DNA of 64,000 bases, from positions 1 through 64,000 of the forward strand of contig CAZPQW010000019.1 of assembly GCA_964588985.1 (NCBI GenBank). Reading direction: 5' to 3'. The position numbers were made by a program, and so were the translations under genes. Below are positions 12,043 to 22,100 of this stretch, piece after piece (position 1 is the first letter of the stretch; the number at the start of each line of letters is the position of its first letter). The notes below the pieces were generated by a model. The model saw nothing but the letters and a program-made list of their open reading frames with translations. It was not told the origin of the DNA and searched no databases. The stretch comes from an uncultured Solirubrobacteraceae bacterium (GTDB taxonomy: Bacteria > Actinomycetota > Thermoleophilia > Solirubrobacterales > Solirubrobacteraceae).

Positions 12043-12579
12043 ATGAGCGAGGCCACGAGCGAGCAGATTGGACAGCAGAGCGGTTCATCGTCGATGCAGT
12101 TGGTCGAACGGTTCTTGGACTTGCTGAGCGTCAAGGACATCGACGGTGCGACGCAGCTGCTGGCGCAGGACGTGGTGTATGAAAACGTCGGCTTGCCGAC
12201 GGTGCGCGGGCGCGAGCGCGTTCGGCGGCTCGGCAAGGCCACACTCGGCTTGGCCGGCGCCGGATTCGAGGTCTACACGCACACGATCTCGGAGAGCGGT
12301 TCGACGGTGATGACCGAGCGCACTGATGTTCTGAAGTTTCGCCGGCTGCGCGTCCAGTTCTGGGTCTGTGGGCGTTTCGACGTTCGTGACGGACAGATCG
12401 TGTTGTGGCGTGACTACTTCGATCAGGCGAACATCCTCGTTGCGACGCTACGTGGGCTGGTCGGTGTGATCGTGCCGGCGGCTCGCGCCAAGCCACCCGC
12501 CCAGGAGATCGCGCGGATGCGCGGGGCGGGCGACGTGGAGTTGACGACCGACGAGACCCTTTCGCTGACCAGACGGTGA
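12043..12579 (+). CDS. Limonene-1,2-epoxide hydrolase family (NTF2-like)
   Basis: YENV, TERTD, WVCGRF, WRDYFD. Confidence 0.85.
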   Translation: MSEATSEQIGQQSGSSSMQLVERFLDLLSVKDIDGATQLLAQDVVYENVGLPTVRGRERVRRLGKATLGLAGAGFEVYTHTISESGSTVMTERTDVLKFRRLRVQFWVCGRFDVRDGQIVLWRDYFDQANILVATLRGLVGVIVPAARAKPPAQEIARMRGAGDVELTTDETLSLTRR

Positions 12580-12602
12580 GCCCCTCACCGGGTCTTCGTG
12601 GA

Positions 12603-13238
12603 TCAGTACCCCGGCTCCCCCGGCAGCACGATCCGCGCGACCTCGCCCTCCATCACGACCCGCGGCTGGATCGGGAGCACGTCGCGCCCGCAGGCATAGG
12701 CGAGCAGCTCCTCCACCGAGGCGAACTCGCCGAGCTGTTCGAGGTGCTTGATCGTGGGGAAGACCAGCACGATCTCCTTCGCCTCGTGAGCGGCGAGCGC
12801 GGCGGCGGGCGTGAACCAGCCGAGGTCGACGCACTCCTCGCCGTCGATCCGCGGCTCCTGCCCCTCGGGGAGCTCTGCGAGGAAGAAGTGCGTGTCGAAG
12901 CGGATCTGCACCTCAGCGGGCGTGATCCAGCGCGAGAACTTCACGAGCACGTCGGGACCCTCGAGCACGATCGCGGCCTCCTCGCTCAGCTCGCGCACCG
13001 CGGCCGCGCGGTGCGCCTCGTCGCCGGCGCCCTCCTCGGCGTCCACCGCGCCGCCGGGAAAGACCCACACGCCGCCCATGAAGCGAGCCTCGGGAGTGCG
13101 CCTCACGAGCAGAACCTCGAGCGTCTCCGAGCCTCCCCGCATCAGGATCACGGTCGCCGCCTGGCGGGCGTGCACGGGCTTGCCGGGGTTGTACGCCTGC
13201 CCGGGCTCCGGTAGCTCGCTCCCCTCGCGTGCGCGCAT
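12603..13238 (-). CDS. NUDIX hydrolase
   Basis: FPGG...AAVRELSEEA Nudix box; WITP...RFDTHFF. Confidence 0.88.
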   Translation of the reverse strand: MRAREGSELPEPGQAYNPGKPVHARQAATVILMRGGSETLEVLLVRRTPEARFMGGVWVFPGGAVDAEEGAGDEAHRAAAVRELSEEAAIVLEGPDVLVKFSRWITPAEVQIRFDTHFFLAELPEGQEPRIDGEECVDLGWFTPAAALAAHEAKEIVLVFPTIKHLEQLGEFASVEELLAYACGRDVLPIQPRVVMEGEVARIVLPGEPGY

Positions 13239-13301
13239 CGGCTGACCCTACCTTGTCGGTAATCTTCGATGCATGAGCAACCCGACCCAGACCCCACGCG
13301 C

Positions 13302-13484
13302 ATGAGCGCCACCGAGACCCTCCAGCGCTGGATCTGCGAGTCCTGCGGCTACATCTACGACCCCGAGGAGGGCGACCCGGACGGGGGCATCCCCGCGGGA
13401 ACGCCGTTCCAGGAGATCCCCGACACGTGGTTCTGCCCCGTTTGCGGCGCGCGTAAGCGGGACTTCACCGTCTACGAGGACTAG
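13302..13484 (+). CDS. Rubredoxin
   Basis: [17 protein letters not shown]...WFCPVCG. Confidence 0.95.
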   Translation: MSATETLQRWICESCGYIYDPEEGDPDGGIPAGTPFQEIPDTWFCPVCGARKRDFTVYED

Positions 13485-13490
13485 GACGGT

Positions 13491-14780
13491 CTGACGGACT
13501 GGGGCGAACTGCTCGCGCTCGACTCCGAGCGCGTGTGGCACCCATACGGCGCGCTGCCCGCGGCGATGCCGTCGCTGCCGGTGGTGTTCGCAGAGGGCGT
13601 GCGTTTGACGCTCGCGGACGGTCGCGAGCTGATCGACGGGATGGCGTCGTGGTGGTGCGCGATCCACGGCTACCGCAACCCCGCGCTCGACGCCGCGGTC
13701 ACCGGTCAGCTGGGACGTATGGCGCACGTGATGTTCGGCGGCCTCACGCACGAGCCCGCGATCCGGCTCGCACAACGGCTGACGGAGATCGCGCCCGCGG
13801 GGTTGGAGCGCGTGTTCCTCGCCGACTCGGGGTCGGTGTCGGTGGAGGTCGCGATCAAGATGTGCATCCAGTACCAGCGCGCGCTCGGCCACAGCGGGCG
13901 CACACGTCTGCTGACGGTCAGAGGCGGCTACCACGGCGACACCGCCGGCGCGATGGCCGTGTGCGACCCGGTTGGAGGGATGCACAGCCTGTTCGCGGGC
14001 GTGCTGCCCGAGCACGTCTTCGCGGAGCGCCCACCCGACGGGTTCGACGCTCCCCTCGACGAGGCGTGGGCCGCCCAGGTGCGGGAGCTTGCGGAGCGCC
14101 ACGCGCACGAGCTGGCCGCGGTGATCGTCGAGCCGGTCGTGCAGGGAGCGGGAGGGATGCGCTTCCACTCGCCCGCATGCGTCGCGTTCCTGCGGACGCT
14201 GTGCGACGAGCATGGCCTGCTGCTCGTGCTGGATGAGATCGCCACTGGCTTCGGGCGCACCGGTGCGATGTTCGCCTCCGAGCACGCCGGCGTGAGCCCG
14301 GACGTGATGTGTGTCGGCAAGGCGCTCACCGGCGGCTACATGACGCTCGCGGCGACGCTGTGCACGCCGGCGGTCGCCGAGGCGGTCTCATCGGGCGAGG
14401 GCGGCGGGCTGATGCACGGCCCCACGTTCATGGCCAATCCGCTCGCGTGCTCGGTCGCGCTGGCGTCGCTCGAGCTGCTCGCCGACGGCGGATGGCGGGC
14501 GCAGGTCGGCGTGATCGAGCAGGGGCTGCGACAGGGCTTGGAGCCGGCGCGCGCGCTGCCTGACGTGAAGGATGTTCGTGTGCTCGGCGCGATCGGCGTG
14601 GTGCAGCTGAACCACGATGTAGATGTCGCTCGGGCGACCGCTGCGGCGGTCGCGCATGGCGTGTGGCTACGCCCGTTCCGCGACCTCATCTACACGATGC
14701 CGCCGTATGTCATCAACGAGGAGGATCTGGCTCGAGTGAGCGGCGCGATTCTCGATGCGGCGAGGGCCGGCGGGGACTGA
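13491..14780 (+). CDS. bioA: Adenosylmethionine-8-amino-7-oxononanoate transaminase (start uncertain: CTG 13491 or GTG 13533)
   Basis: [40 protein letters not shown]. Confidence 0.93.
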   Translation: MTDWGELLALDSERVWHPYGALPAAMPSLPVVFAEGVRLTLADGRELIDGMASWWCAIHGYRNPALDAAVTGQLGRMAHVMFGGLTHEPAIRLAQRLTEIAPAGLERVFLADSGSVSVEVAIKMCIQYQRALGHSGRTRLLTVRGGYHGDTAGAMAVCDPVGGMHSLFAGVLPEHVFAERPPDGFDAPLDEAWAAQVRELAERHAHELAAVIVEPVVQGAGGMRFHSPACVAFLRTLCDEHGLLLVLDEIATGFGRTGAMFASEHAGVSPDVMCVGKALTGGYMTLAATLCTPAVAEAVSSGEGGGLMHGPTFMANPLACSVALASLELLADGGWRAQVGVIEQGLRQGLEPARALPDVKDVRVLGAIGVVQLNHDVDVARATAAAVAHGVWLRPFRDLIYTMPPYVINEEDLARVSGAILDAARAGGD

Positions 14781-14785
14781 GAGCG

Positions 14786-15493
14786 CTACCGGAGCCAGCG
14801 ACGCCAAGGCAGCGACTCCCCAGCGCCCGCGAGCTCGACTGCGACAGGCCTGGAGATAGGAGGAAGGATCTCGACCTCGACCTCGCCCACCCGCGCGATC
14901 GTCTCGCGGTTGGAGCGCTCGATCGCCGTCGGTTCCTCCGGCCATGGTGTGAGCACCACCGCGCACACCTGCAGGCCCGCGCTTCGCGCCACCTGAAGCG
15001 TGAGCAGAGTGTGGTTGATCGTGCCGAGCCCGGGTCTCGCGGCGATCACCACCGGCAGCCCGAGAGCGACCGCGAGATCGCACACGGTGTAGTCGTCCGC
15101 CAGCGGCACCAGCAGGCCGCCCACGCCCTCCACGACGAGCGTCTCCTCCGCGGTGGGGCTGTCAGGGCGCGCGCCGCCTCGAGCGTGCGCCAGCAGCTCC
15201 GCCGGGTCGATTCGCGCCCCCGCGAGCTCCGCCGCCAGGTGGGGTGAGACGGCGGGTCCGAAGCGCAGCGGCGAGACGTCCTCGGGACGCATGCCGGCAG
15301 CCGACGCAAGCAACTCGTGGTCTGGCGGCCACGTCTCCCCGGCGTTCGCATCGGGCGGCTCGTCGAGTCCCGTCACCACCGGCTTGAACGCCCGCACGCT
15401 CTCGCCGGCGGCGACCATCGCCGCGACGAGCGCCGCGCTCAGGACGCTCTTGCCGACGCCCGTGTCGGTTCCCGTGACGAACAGTCCGCGCAT
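14786..15493 (-). CDS. bioD: Dethiobiotin synthase
   Basis: FVTGTDTGVGKS, VEGVGG, LGTINHT. Confidence 0.95.
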   Translation of the reverse strand: MRGLFVTGTDTGVGKSVLSAALVAAMVAAGESVRAFKPVVTGLDEPPDANAGETWPPDHELLASAAGMRPEDVSPLRFGPAVSPHLAAELAGARIDPAELLAHARGGARPDSPTAEETLVVEGVGGLLVPLADDYTVCDLAVALGLPVVIAARPGLGTINHTLLTLQVARSAGLQVCAVVLTPWPEEPTAIERSNRETIARVGEVEVEILPPISRPVAVELAGAGESLPWRRWLR

Positions 15494-15511
15494 GAGCGCC
15501 GGAGTGGAGCT

Positions 15512-16918
15512 CTACGCCGCGGAGGCTTCGCGCTCGAGATCGAACGGAGCGCTCGCCAGTGCAGCCTCGCGCCGGCGGGGCGCGGGCGCCTCCTCGGCGT
15601 CGCGCTCCATGTCGAACGGCACGGGGCCCGTGCGCTCGCGCTCGCGCCCGTATGAGCGCTCGCGCACGATCCGCGCCAGTTCCGCGTGTTCGCTGTTCGG
15701 GTCCTCCACCGGCTGCGCCGGCTCCGCGGAGGGCGAGAGGATCGCGGCCGGGTCCAGTCCGAGCCGGCGGGCGGCGTCGCCAAGCACGCTCGCCGCCATC
15801 TCCAGGTCCGAGGCTGTGTGCGAGGCCATCGTCGTCAGGCGCAGGCGCGAGGTGCCCGCTGCAACCGTCGGCGGGCGGATGCCCTGCGCGAACACGCCCT
15901 GCTCGATCGCCTCCTGGCACAGACGCATCGTCTGGCGCTCGTCGCCCACGATCAGCGGCACGATGTGCATGTCAGCCTCCGCCACCGGGAAGCCCTCGGC
16001 GGCGAGCGCCCGGCGCAGCGTGCGCGCGTTGGAGCGCAGCCGCTGCACGCGGTGGGGGCGCTCCTGCAGTAGTTCGAGCGCGGCGAGCGCGCCCGCGATC
16101 GCGGGGGGCGGGGGGGCGGTGGAGAAGATCAGCGAGCGCGAGGAGTTGATCAGGTAGCGCACGATCTCCGTGCTCGCGCACGCGTATGCGCCGTAGGAGC
16201 CGAGTGCCTTGCCGAGCGTGCCGACCACCACGTCGAACTCGCCCTCCAGGCCCGCCTCGGCCACAGCGCCGCGTCCTTCCGGGCCGAGGTTGCCGATCGC
16301 GTGCGCCTCGTCCACCACCGTGCGCGCGCCGTAACGGCTCGCCAGCGCCGCGATGGGCTCGAGCGGCGCCACGTCGCCGTCCATCGAGAACACCGAGTCG
16401 GTCACGATCAGCCGACCGCCGTCTCGGCCGCCGTGGCGGTGCATGCTCCACTCGAGGTGCTCCACGTCGCGGTGGCGGTACACCACCACCTCCGCGCGCG
16501 AGAGCCTGCAGCCGTCGACGATCGACGCGTGGTTGAGCTCGTCGGAGAAGATCGTGTCGCCGCGGCCGGCTAGCGCGCCGATCACGCCGAGGTTCGCGAG
16601 GTAGCCCGAGCCGAACAGCAGACACGCCTCGCTGCCTTTGAACGACGCAAGGCGCTCCTCCAGGCGACGATGGATCGTCATCGTGCCCGACACCAGCCGA
16701 GAGGCGCCAGCGCCCACGCCCCAGCGCATCGCCGCCTCCGCCGCCGCCTCGCGCACGCGCGGGTGGTCGGCCAATCCGAGGTAGTTGTTCGAGCACAGCA
16801 GCAGCACCGGCTTGCCCTCCAGCAGCACCGTCGGCCCCTGTGGTCCGCTGATCAGTCGCAGACGGCGGCCCAGACCCTGACGCTCCAACTCCGCCACGCG
16901 CTCCTCGATCTCGCTCAT
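15512..16918 (-). CDS. bioF: 8-amino-7-oxononanoate synthase with C-terminal extension
   Basis: SNNYLGL, GSGYLAN, NHASI, FSMDGD, DEAHA, TLGKA, IRPPTV. Confidence 0.93.
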   Translation of the reverse strand: MSEIEERVAELERQGLGRRLRLISGPQGPTVLLEGKPVLLLCSNNYLGLADHPRVREAAAEAAMRWGVGAGASRLVSGTMTIHRRLEERLASFKGSEACLLFGSGYLANLGVIGALAGRGDTIFSDELNHASIVDGCRLSRAEVVVYRHRDVEHLEWSMHRHGGRDGGRLIVTDSVFSMDGDVAPLEPIAALASRYGARTVVDEAHAIGNLGPEGRGAVAEAGLEGEFDVVVGTLGKALGSYGAYACASTEIVRYLINSSRSLIFSTAPPPPAIAGALAALELLQERPHRVQRLRSNARTLRRALAAEGFPVAEADMHIVPLIVGDERQTMRLCQEAIEQGVFAQGIRPPTVAAGTSRLRLTTMASHTASDLEMAASVLGDAARRLGLDPAAILSPSAEPAQPVEDPNSEHAELARIVRERSYGRERERTGPVPFDMERDAEEAPAPRRREAALASAPFDLEREASAA

Positions 16919-16946
16919 CTGCCCTTCCCCTTGAGTGTGCGCTGCT

Positions 16947-18107
16947 CTAGCCGACCGGAACTCTGTTGGATGCGCCGTCCGGGCGCGGAGGAACGTTGCG
17001 CTTTGCGCGGTAGCGCAGCTGCGTGGAGGGGTCCCACAGGCGCACCTGCAGGTCGACCGCTTCCGCCGTCGTCACATCCGCGAGCAGCTCTTCGACCACG
17101 TCGGGCGTCTCGCCAGCCAGCCAGCCGGAGCGGTTGTCCGGGCGCGGGTTGGCCGCGTTGTCGGGCTGGCGCGCCACGTTCAGGCCCAGCTCCTCGAACA
17201 TCGCCCTGTCGGTCTCGGGCTCGTTGCCGAGCGTCGTCAGGAAGTTGCCCATCATGACGCCGTTGATGCCCGCCTGGACCGCCAGTTGCTGCAGCTCGCC
17301 GAGGTTCTCCACGCGCCCGCCACACAGACGGAACAGCGCTTCGGGCAGGATCAGGCGGAAGATCGCGATCCACTTCACCGCCTCCCATGGGTCCATGTAC
17401 GCGCGGTCGCCGAACTTCGTGCCGGGGCGCGGGTTGAGCATGTTGATCGGGACGCTCGTCGGGTTGATCTCCGCCAGCTCGAACGCCATCTCCACGCGCT
17501 GCTCGCGCGTCTCGCCGAGGTTCAGGATCCCGCCCACGCAGGTCTCCAGGCCCGCCTCGCGGACCGCCTGGATGGTGCGCAGGCGACCCTCGTAGCGGAC
17601 GGTGCTCGTCACTTCGTCGTAGTAGCTCGCCGCGGTCTCCACGTTGTGGTGCACGCGCTGGATGCCCGCCTCGCGCAGCGCCGTCGCGCGCGCCGCTGAG
17701 ATGTGCCCGACAGACGCGCAGCGCTTGAGGTTGGTCTGCTCGGAGACGAGCCGCACGCCCTCCAGGTACTTCTCGAAGTCGCGCTTGGACAGGCCCTGGC
17801 CCTGCGTGACCATGCAGAAGCGGTGCGCGCCAGCCGCTTCCGCCGCGCGCGCGTGCTCGAGGATCTGCTCCGGCTCCATCATCGCGTGCATCGGCGTCTC
17901 CGCGTCGGCGAAGCGCGACTGCGCGCAGAAGCCGCAGTCCTCCGCGCAACCGCCCGACTTGGCGTTGACGAGCGAGCACATGTCTGTGGAGTCCGCGAAG
18001 CGCTCCACCCGTGCCTGCCACGCGCGCTCGATCAGCGCTTCGATCTGCTCGTGGTCCTCGATCTCGCCGAGGCGGACGGCCTCCTCACGGGTGATCAGCG
18101 ATGGCAT
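16947..18107 (-). CDS. bioB: Biotin synthase (radical SAM)
   Basis: CAEDCGFCAQS, HNVET, SVPIN, RLCGGR, GNFLTT. Confidence 0.95.
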   Translation of the reverse strand: MPSLITREEAVRLGEIEDHEQIEALIERAWQARVERFADSTDMCSLVNAKSGGCAEDCGFCAQSRFADAETPMHAMMEPEQILEHARAAEAAGAHRFCMVTQGQGLSKRDFEKYLEGVRLVSEQTNLKRCASVGHISAARATALREAGIQRVHHNVETAASYYDEVTSTVRYEGRLRTIQAVREAGLETCVGGILNLGETREQRVEMAFELAEINPTSVPINMLNPRPGTKFGDRAYMDPWEAVKWIAIFRLILPEALFRLCGGRVENLGELQQLAVQAGINGVMMGNFLTTLGNEPETDRAMFEELGLNVARQPDNAANPRPDNRSGWLAGETPDVVEELLADVTTAEAVDLQVRLWDPSTQLRYRAKRNVPPRPDGASNRVPVG

Positions 18108-18159
18108 AAACGGAAAGGTATGACCTGCGGCGGACGGCTATACGCGCGTGCGCGGCGGG

Positions 18160-18960
18160 CTATTCGCCGAGCCAGCGAGCGGGACGGCGCTCGCCGAACG
18201 CGCGCATGCCCTCGCGCAGATCCTTCGACGCGAACGACGCGCGGCGCAGCTCGATCAGCTCCTCCTCCACCGTCGGCTCGAGCTCGCCCTCCGCGCGCAG
18301 CAGCTCCGCGATCACGCGCTTGTTGCCGCGCTGGGAGAGCGGCGCGTTGCCCGCCAGCTCGGCCGCGATGTCGAGGCCCGTCGCCTCCAGCTGCTCGGGC
18401 GCCGCCACGCGGTTCACCAGGCCCCACGACAGCGCCGTGGGCGCGTCGATGTAGCGGCCCAGCAGGAACAGCTCGCGCGTGCGCGCCGCGCCGATCGCGT
18501 CGATGAAGCGGCGCAGGCCGGTGTGGGAGTACACGAGGCCGAGTTTCGCCGGCGGCATCCCGAGCTTGATTCCGTCCTGCGCCACGCGCATGTCGCACGA
18601 CAGCGCCAGCTCGAGTCCGCCGCCGATCGTGTGGCCGGGCAGCACCGCGAGCGTCGGCAGCGGGAACGCCTCGATGGCTTCGATCGCTTCCGTGAACGGG
18701 TGCGCTACGAGCTTCTCCGCGCGCTCTTCGAACTCCTCGTCCGGGATCTCGCCGATGTCGTAGCCCGCCGAGAACATCCCGTGCGCGCCCGTCACCACCA
18801 CGCAGCGCGCGCCGGACTTCGCTGCGGACAGCTCGCCGAGCTTGGCGCTGATCGCGTCGAGGATCGGGTGGTCGAGCGCGTTGCGCTTGGCCGGATTGGA
18901 GATCGTCAGGCGGACGACTCCGTCCGCCGGCTCGTCGACAAGTAGCTCGCCGTCGGGCAC
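18160..18960 (-). CDS. Enoyl-CoA hydratase/isomerase
   Basis: FSAGYDI, GGGLELALSCD, MPPAKLG. Confidence 0.9.
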   Translation of the reverse strand: MPDGELLVDEPADGVVRLTISNPAKRNALDHPILDAISAKLGELSAAKSGARCVVVTGAHGMFSAGYDIGEIPDEEFEERAEKLVAHPFTEAIEAIEAFPLPTLAVLPGHTIGGGLELALSCDMRVAQDGIKLGMPPAKLGLVYSHTGLRRFIDAIGAARTRELFLLGRYIDAPTALSWGLVNRVAAPEQLEATGLDIAAELAGNAPLSQRGNKRVIAELLRAEGELEPTVEEELIELRRASFASKDLREGMRAFGERRPARWLGE

Positions 18961-19172
18961 TACTCGAGCACCACCAGCGTGTCTCCCTCGTTGACCGCCT
19001 GGCCCTCCTGGCAGAGGATCTCCTTCACCGTGCCGGCGTCCTCAGCCTCCACGGGCATCTCCATCTTCATCGACTCGAGGATCGCGACCGTGTCGCCCTC
19101 CTCGATGGTGTCGCCCACCGCGCACTCGATTTTCCATACCGTGCCGGTGATATGAGCCTCAACGTCAGTCAT
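18960..19172 (-). CDS. Stand-alone biotin carboxyl carrier protein
   Basis: LESMKME biotinylation motif; GGAGGA RBS. Confidence 0.9.
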   Translation of the reverse strand: MTDVEAHITGTVWKIECAVGDTIEEGDTVAILESMKMEMPVEAEDAGTVKEILCQEGQAVNEGDTLVVLE

Positions 19173-19207
19173 TCCATCCTCCGTCCGCCGGTCGTCTGCA
19201 CAGGCTC

Positions 19208-19936
19208 GTGACAATAGATAGGCCAGCCGACCGATCGCCGCGCGGGCCCGTGGCGATCGTCGTCGCCGCTCACGACGAGGGGGACCGCATCGCCGCCACG
19301 CTCGCAGCGCTCGCGCACGCGTTTCCCGGCGCGCCTGTGTGGGTCGCCGACGACGGCTCCAGCGACGCCACCGCTCAGATCGCTAGCGAGAACGGGGCGC
19401 ACGTGGTGCGCAGCGAGCGCGTGATCGGCAAGGGAGGGGCCATGAGCGAAGCCGCGCGCGCCGCCCTCACACAGGCCGCTGAGAGTCACGACGTGAACAG
19501 AGATAAATCGATATTCCTTCTCTGCGACGGTGATCTCGCCGACTCCGCACGCGAGCTGGGCGCTCTGGTGGATACGGTCGCGTGCGGCGACGCGGACGTG
19601 GCGGTCGCGGCTTTCGCCACGCGCGTCGGGGGAGGATTGGGAGTTGCGAAGGGCTTCGCCCGCTGGGCGATCCTCAGGTGCTGCGGCCTGCACACGAACG
19701 CGCCGATCTCCGGGCAGCGGGCGCTCACCGCGCGGGCGCTCGAGGACGTGCTGCCGTTCGCGTACGGCTACGGGATGGAGATCGGGATCACCGTCGACGC
19801 GGTTCGCGCGGGGCACCGTCTGGTGGAGGTCGAGCTCGATCTCGCCCACCGCGCGAGCGGCCGCACGCTCGCCGGGTTCCTGCACCGCGCGCGCCAGCTC
19901 GTCGACTTCGTGCTGGTCTACCGCGCGCGCGGGTAA
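19208..19936 (+). CDS. Glycosyltransferase family 2
   Basis: AHDE, DDGSSD, GKG.A, DGD, SGQR. Confidence 0.85.
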   Translation: MTIDRPADRSPRGPVAIVVAAHDEGDRIAATLAALAHAFPGAPVWVADDGSSDATAQIASENGAHVVRSERVIGKGGAMSEAARAALTQAAESHDVNRDKSIFLLCDGDLADSARELGALVDTVACGDADVAVAAFATRVGGGLGVAKGFARWAILRCCGLHTNAPISGQRALTARALEDVLPFAYGYGMEIGITVDAVRAGHRLVEVELDLAHRASGRTLAGFLHRARQLVDFVLVYRARG

Positions 19937-19948
19937 TCTCCACTTGAC

Positions 19949-20725
19949 ATGAGCGATCTCGCCCCGATGCGCGAGCAGGTGTACTCCGACCCCCGGCCGA
20001 AGGAGTACTTCGATCGCTTCCACAAGCGCTCGCGCGAGCGCGAACCGGACTGGGTGTACGAGCTCGTCCGCGTCGTCACCTCGCTCTACGGCTACATCTT
20101 CCTGCGCACGCGCGCGATCTCCACCGAGAAGGTGCCCGGCGCCGGCCCCGTGATCCTCGCGCCCAACCACTTCTCGTTCATGGACCACTTCCTCATGGGC
20201 TGCTACATCCGGCGCAAGGTGCGCTTCATGGCCAAGTCGCAGCTGTTCAAACGCCCGATGCAGTTCATCTACACCCACGGCGGCGTGTTCCCCGTGCGCC
20301 GCGGAGCACGCGACGAGGAGACGTTCATCACCGCCGAGAGCGTGCTCGCGCGCGGCGGCGCGATCACCATGTACTGCGAGGGCGGGCGCTCGCGCACCGG
20401 CAAACTCGCCACCGAGGCCAAGCGTGGCATCGGGCGCCTCGCCCTGGAGACCGGCGCGCCGGTCGTGCCGATCGCGATCCACGGCTCCTCGCGGATCCGC
20501 AACTGGAAGCGCCTGCAGTTCCCCAAGGTGACCGTCCAGTACGGCGATCCCATCCGCTGGGAGCCGATCGAGAACCCCACCCGCGAGCAGCAGCAGGCGG
20601 TCGCCGACCAGATCCTCGTCGAGATCCGTGCCCTCTACGCGGGTCTCGACGAACACGGCCGCAAGGGCATCCTCAGACGCGTGCGCGAACAGCGGCGCGC
20701 GCCCAACGGCGCCGCGGTCGCCTGA
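19949..20725 (+). CDS. Lysophospholipid acyltransferase (PlsC-like)
   Basis: NHFSFMD (NHxxxxD), FMAK, EGGRS. Confidence 0.9.
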   Translation: MSDLAPMREQVYSDPRPKEYFDRFHKRSREREPDWVYELVRVVTSLYGYIFLRTRAISTEKVPGAGPVILAPNHFSFMDHFLMGCYIRRKVRFMAKSQLFKRPMQFIYTHGGVFPVRRGARDEETFITAESVLARGGAITMYCEGGRSRTGKLATEAKRGIGRLALETGAPVVPIAIHGSSRIRNWKRLQFPKVTVQYGDPIRWEPIENPTREQQQAVADQILVEIRALYAGLDEHGRKGILRRVREQRRAPNGAAVA

Positions 20726-20732
20726 GTCGGCG

Positions 20733-21443
20733 ATGAGCGCTCGAATCGACGTCGGCGCGCTCGTCGGCCGCGTGTTCAGGATCTACGTCGATCAGGCATC
20801 TGTGCTGATGCCGGCCGCGGCGGTGGTGTTCGTCTTCACGGGCATCCTCTCGAGCGTGCTGCGCACGGGGGGCACCGGAGCCGGCCTGCTGGCCGAGCTC
20901 ATCGCCCTCGTCGCGGGGATGCTGTTCACCGGCATGGTCGTCGAGCTCGTCGACGACGTCCAGGACGGCCGGCTCGACTCCGGCCCCGGACAGCTGCTGC
21001 GGGCCGTCACGCCCGTGCTCGGCCAGCTGATCCTCGTCTCGCTCGTTGTAGGCCTCACCGTTCTGCTCGGCTTCATCCTGTTCATCGTCCCCGGCCTCGT
21101 GCTGCTCACCATCTGGGCGGTCGTCGTGCCCGTAATCGTGCTCGAGCGCCCGCCCGGCCTGCAGGCGCTCGCACGCAGTCGCGATCTCGTCCGCGGAAAC
21201 GGCTGGCAAGTGTTCGTGGTGATCCTCCTGCTCGACTTCCTCGTACTGATCCTCGGCGGCCTCGTCGACTTCGGCGCGGACTCATCCAGCACCGCGTTGG
21301 GGATCGTCGTCACCGTCGTCGTCGGGATCCTCACAGCTCCGATCCCCGCGCTCGCGTCGGCCGTTCTTTACTTCGACCTGCGCCGCCTGTCGGGTGGGGC
21401 GAGCGGTGGCGCGGCTGGGCCCGCGGGCCTGGGCCTCGACTGA
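20733..21443 (+). CDS. Multi-pass membrane protein (GDPD membrane-domain-like)
   Basis: Several hydrophobic helices; ALARSRDLVRGN.W and LYFDLR motifs. Confidence 0.7.
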   Translation: MSARIDVGALVGRVFRIYVDQASVLMPAAAVVFVFTGILSSVLRTGGTGAGLLAELIALVAGMLFTGMVVELVDDVQDGRLDSGPGQLLRAVTPVLGQLILVSLVVGLTVLLGFILFIVPGLVLLTIWAVVVPVIVLERPPGLQALARSRDLVRGNGWQVFVVILLLDFLVLILGGLVDFGADSSSTALGIVVTVVVGILTAPIPALASAVLYFDLRRLSGGASGGAAGPAGLGLD

Positions 21444-21448
21444 GCAGC

Positions 21449-22093
21449 ATGGCCGCCACTCACGCTTCAGGGTTGCTGCGCGCCGACCTCCTCGACGGGG
21501 TTGGGGTTGCGCTTGCGCATGCGGGCTCCGAGTCGGCCGCGGCCGATGGTGGTGCGATCACGCAGGCTGTTCAGGCGGGTTGTGGAGCGCTGGGAGCGTG
21601 GGTCTTGGATCTACCGCTCAGCGACGGCGATGGCGCCCTGCTCGGAGAGGACGCGATCGACGCGGCGGTCGAGGGCTTGCTCGGGGAGGGTGAGAGCGTC
21701 GAGATGCTCGTCGTGGATGGGGCCGGTCTGTACGCGGCGGGCATCGGCAGGGCGGCGCTCGTGGAGAGCATGCAGGCCTGCTGGAGCGTCAGCCGGGCGG
21801 TGGTCAATCGTGCGTTCATTGCGGAGACGTCAGACCCGCCGCCGCGGCGGATCGTCTACGTAGCTCCTGCCCCGGGCGCTGGTGAGCACGCGGACGCTGC
21901 GCGTGCCGGCCTCGAGAACCTCGCTCGCACGCTGTCGATCGAGTGGTCGCGGCATGGGATCACGCCTGTCGCGCTAGCTCCCGGCGAGGACACCGCCGCG
22001 GACGAGGTGGCGGCGCTCGTCGCCTACCTCGCCTCGCCCGCGGGGGCCTACTTCTCGGGCTGCCTGCTGGATCTCAGGGGCCCGAACTCCTAA
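21449..22093 (+). CDS. Degenerate SDR-fold protein
   Basis: AARAGLENLARTLSIEW and VAYLASPAGAYFSG present, but no GxxxGxG or YxxxK. Confidence 0.65.
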   Translation: MAATHASGLLRADLLDGVGVALAHAGSESAAADGGAITQAVQAGCGALGAWVLDLPLSDGDGALLGEDAIDAAVEGLLGEGESVEMLVVDGAGLYAAGIGRAALVESMQACWSVSRAVVNRAFIAETSDPPPRRIVYVAPAPGAGEHADAARAGLENLARTLSIEWSRHGITPVALAPGEDTAADEVAALVAYLASPAGAYFSGCLLDLRGPNS

Positions 22094-22100
22094 CTTCGAC

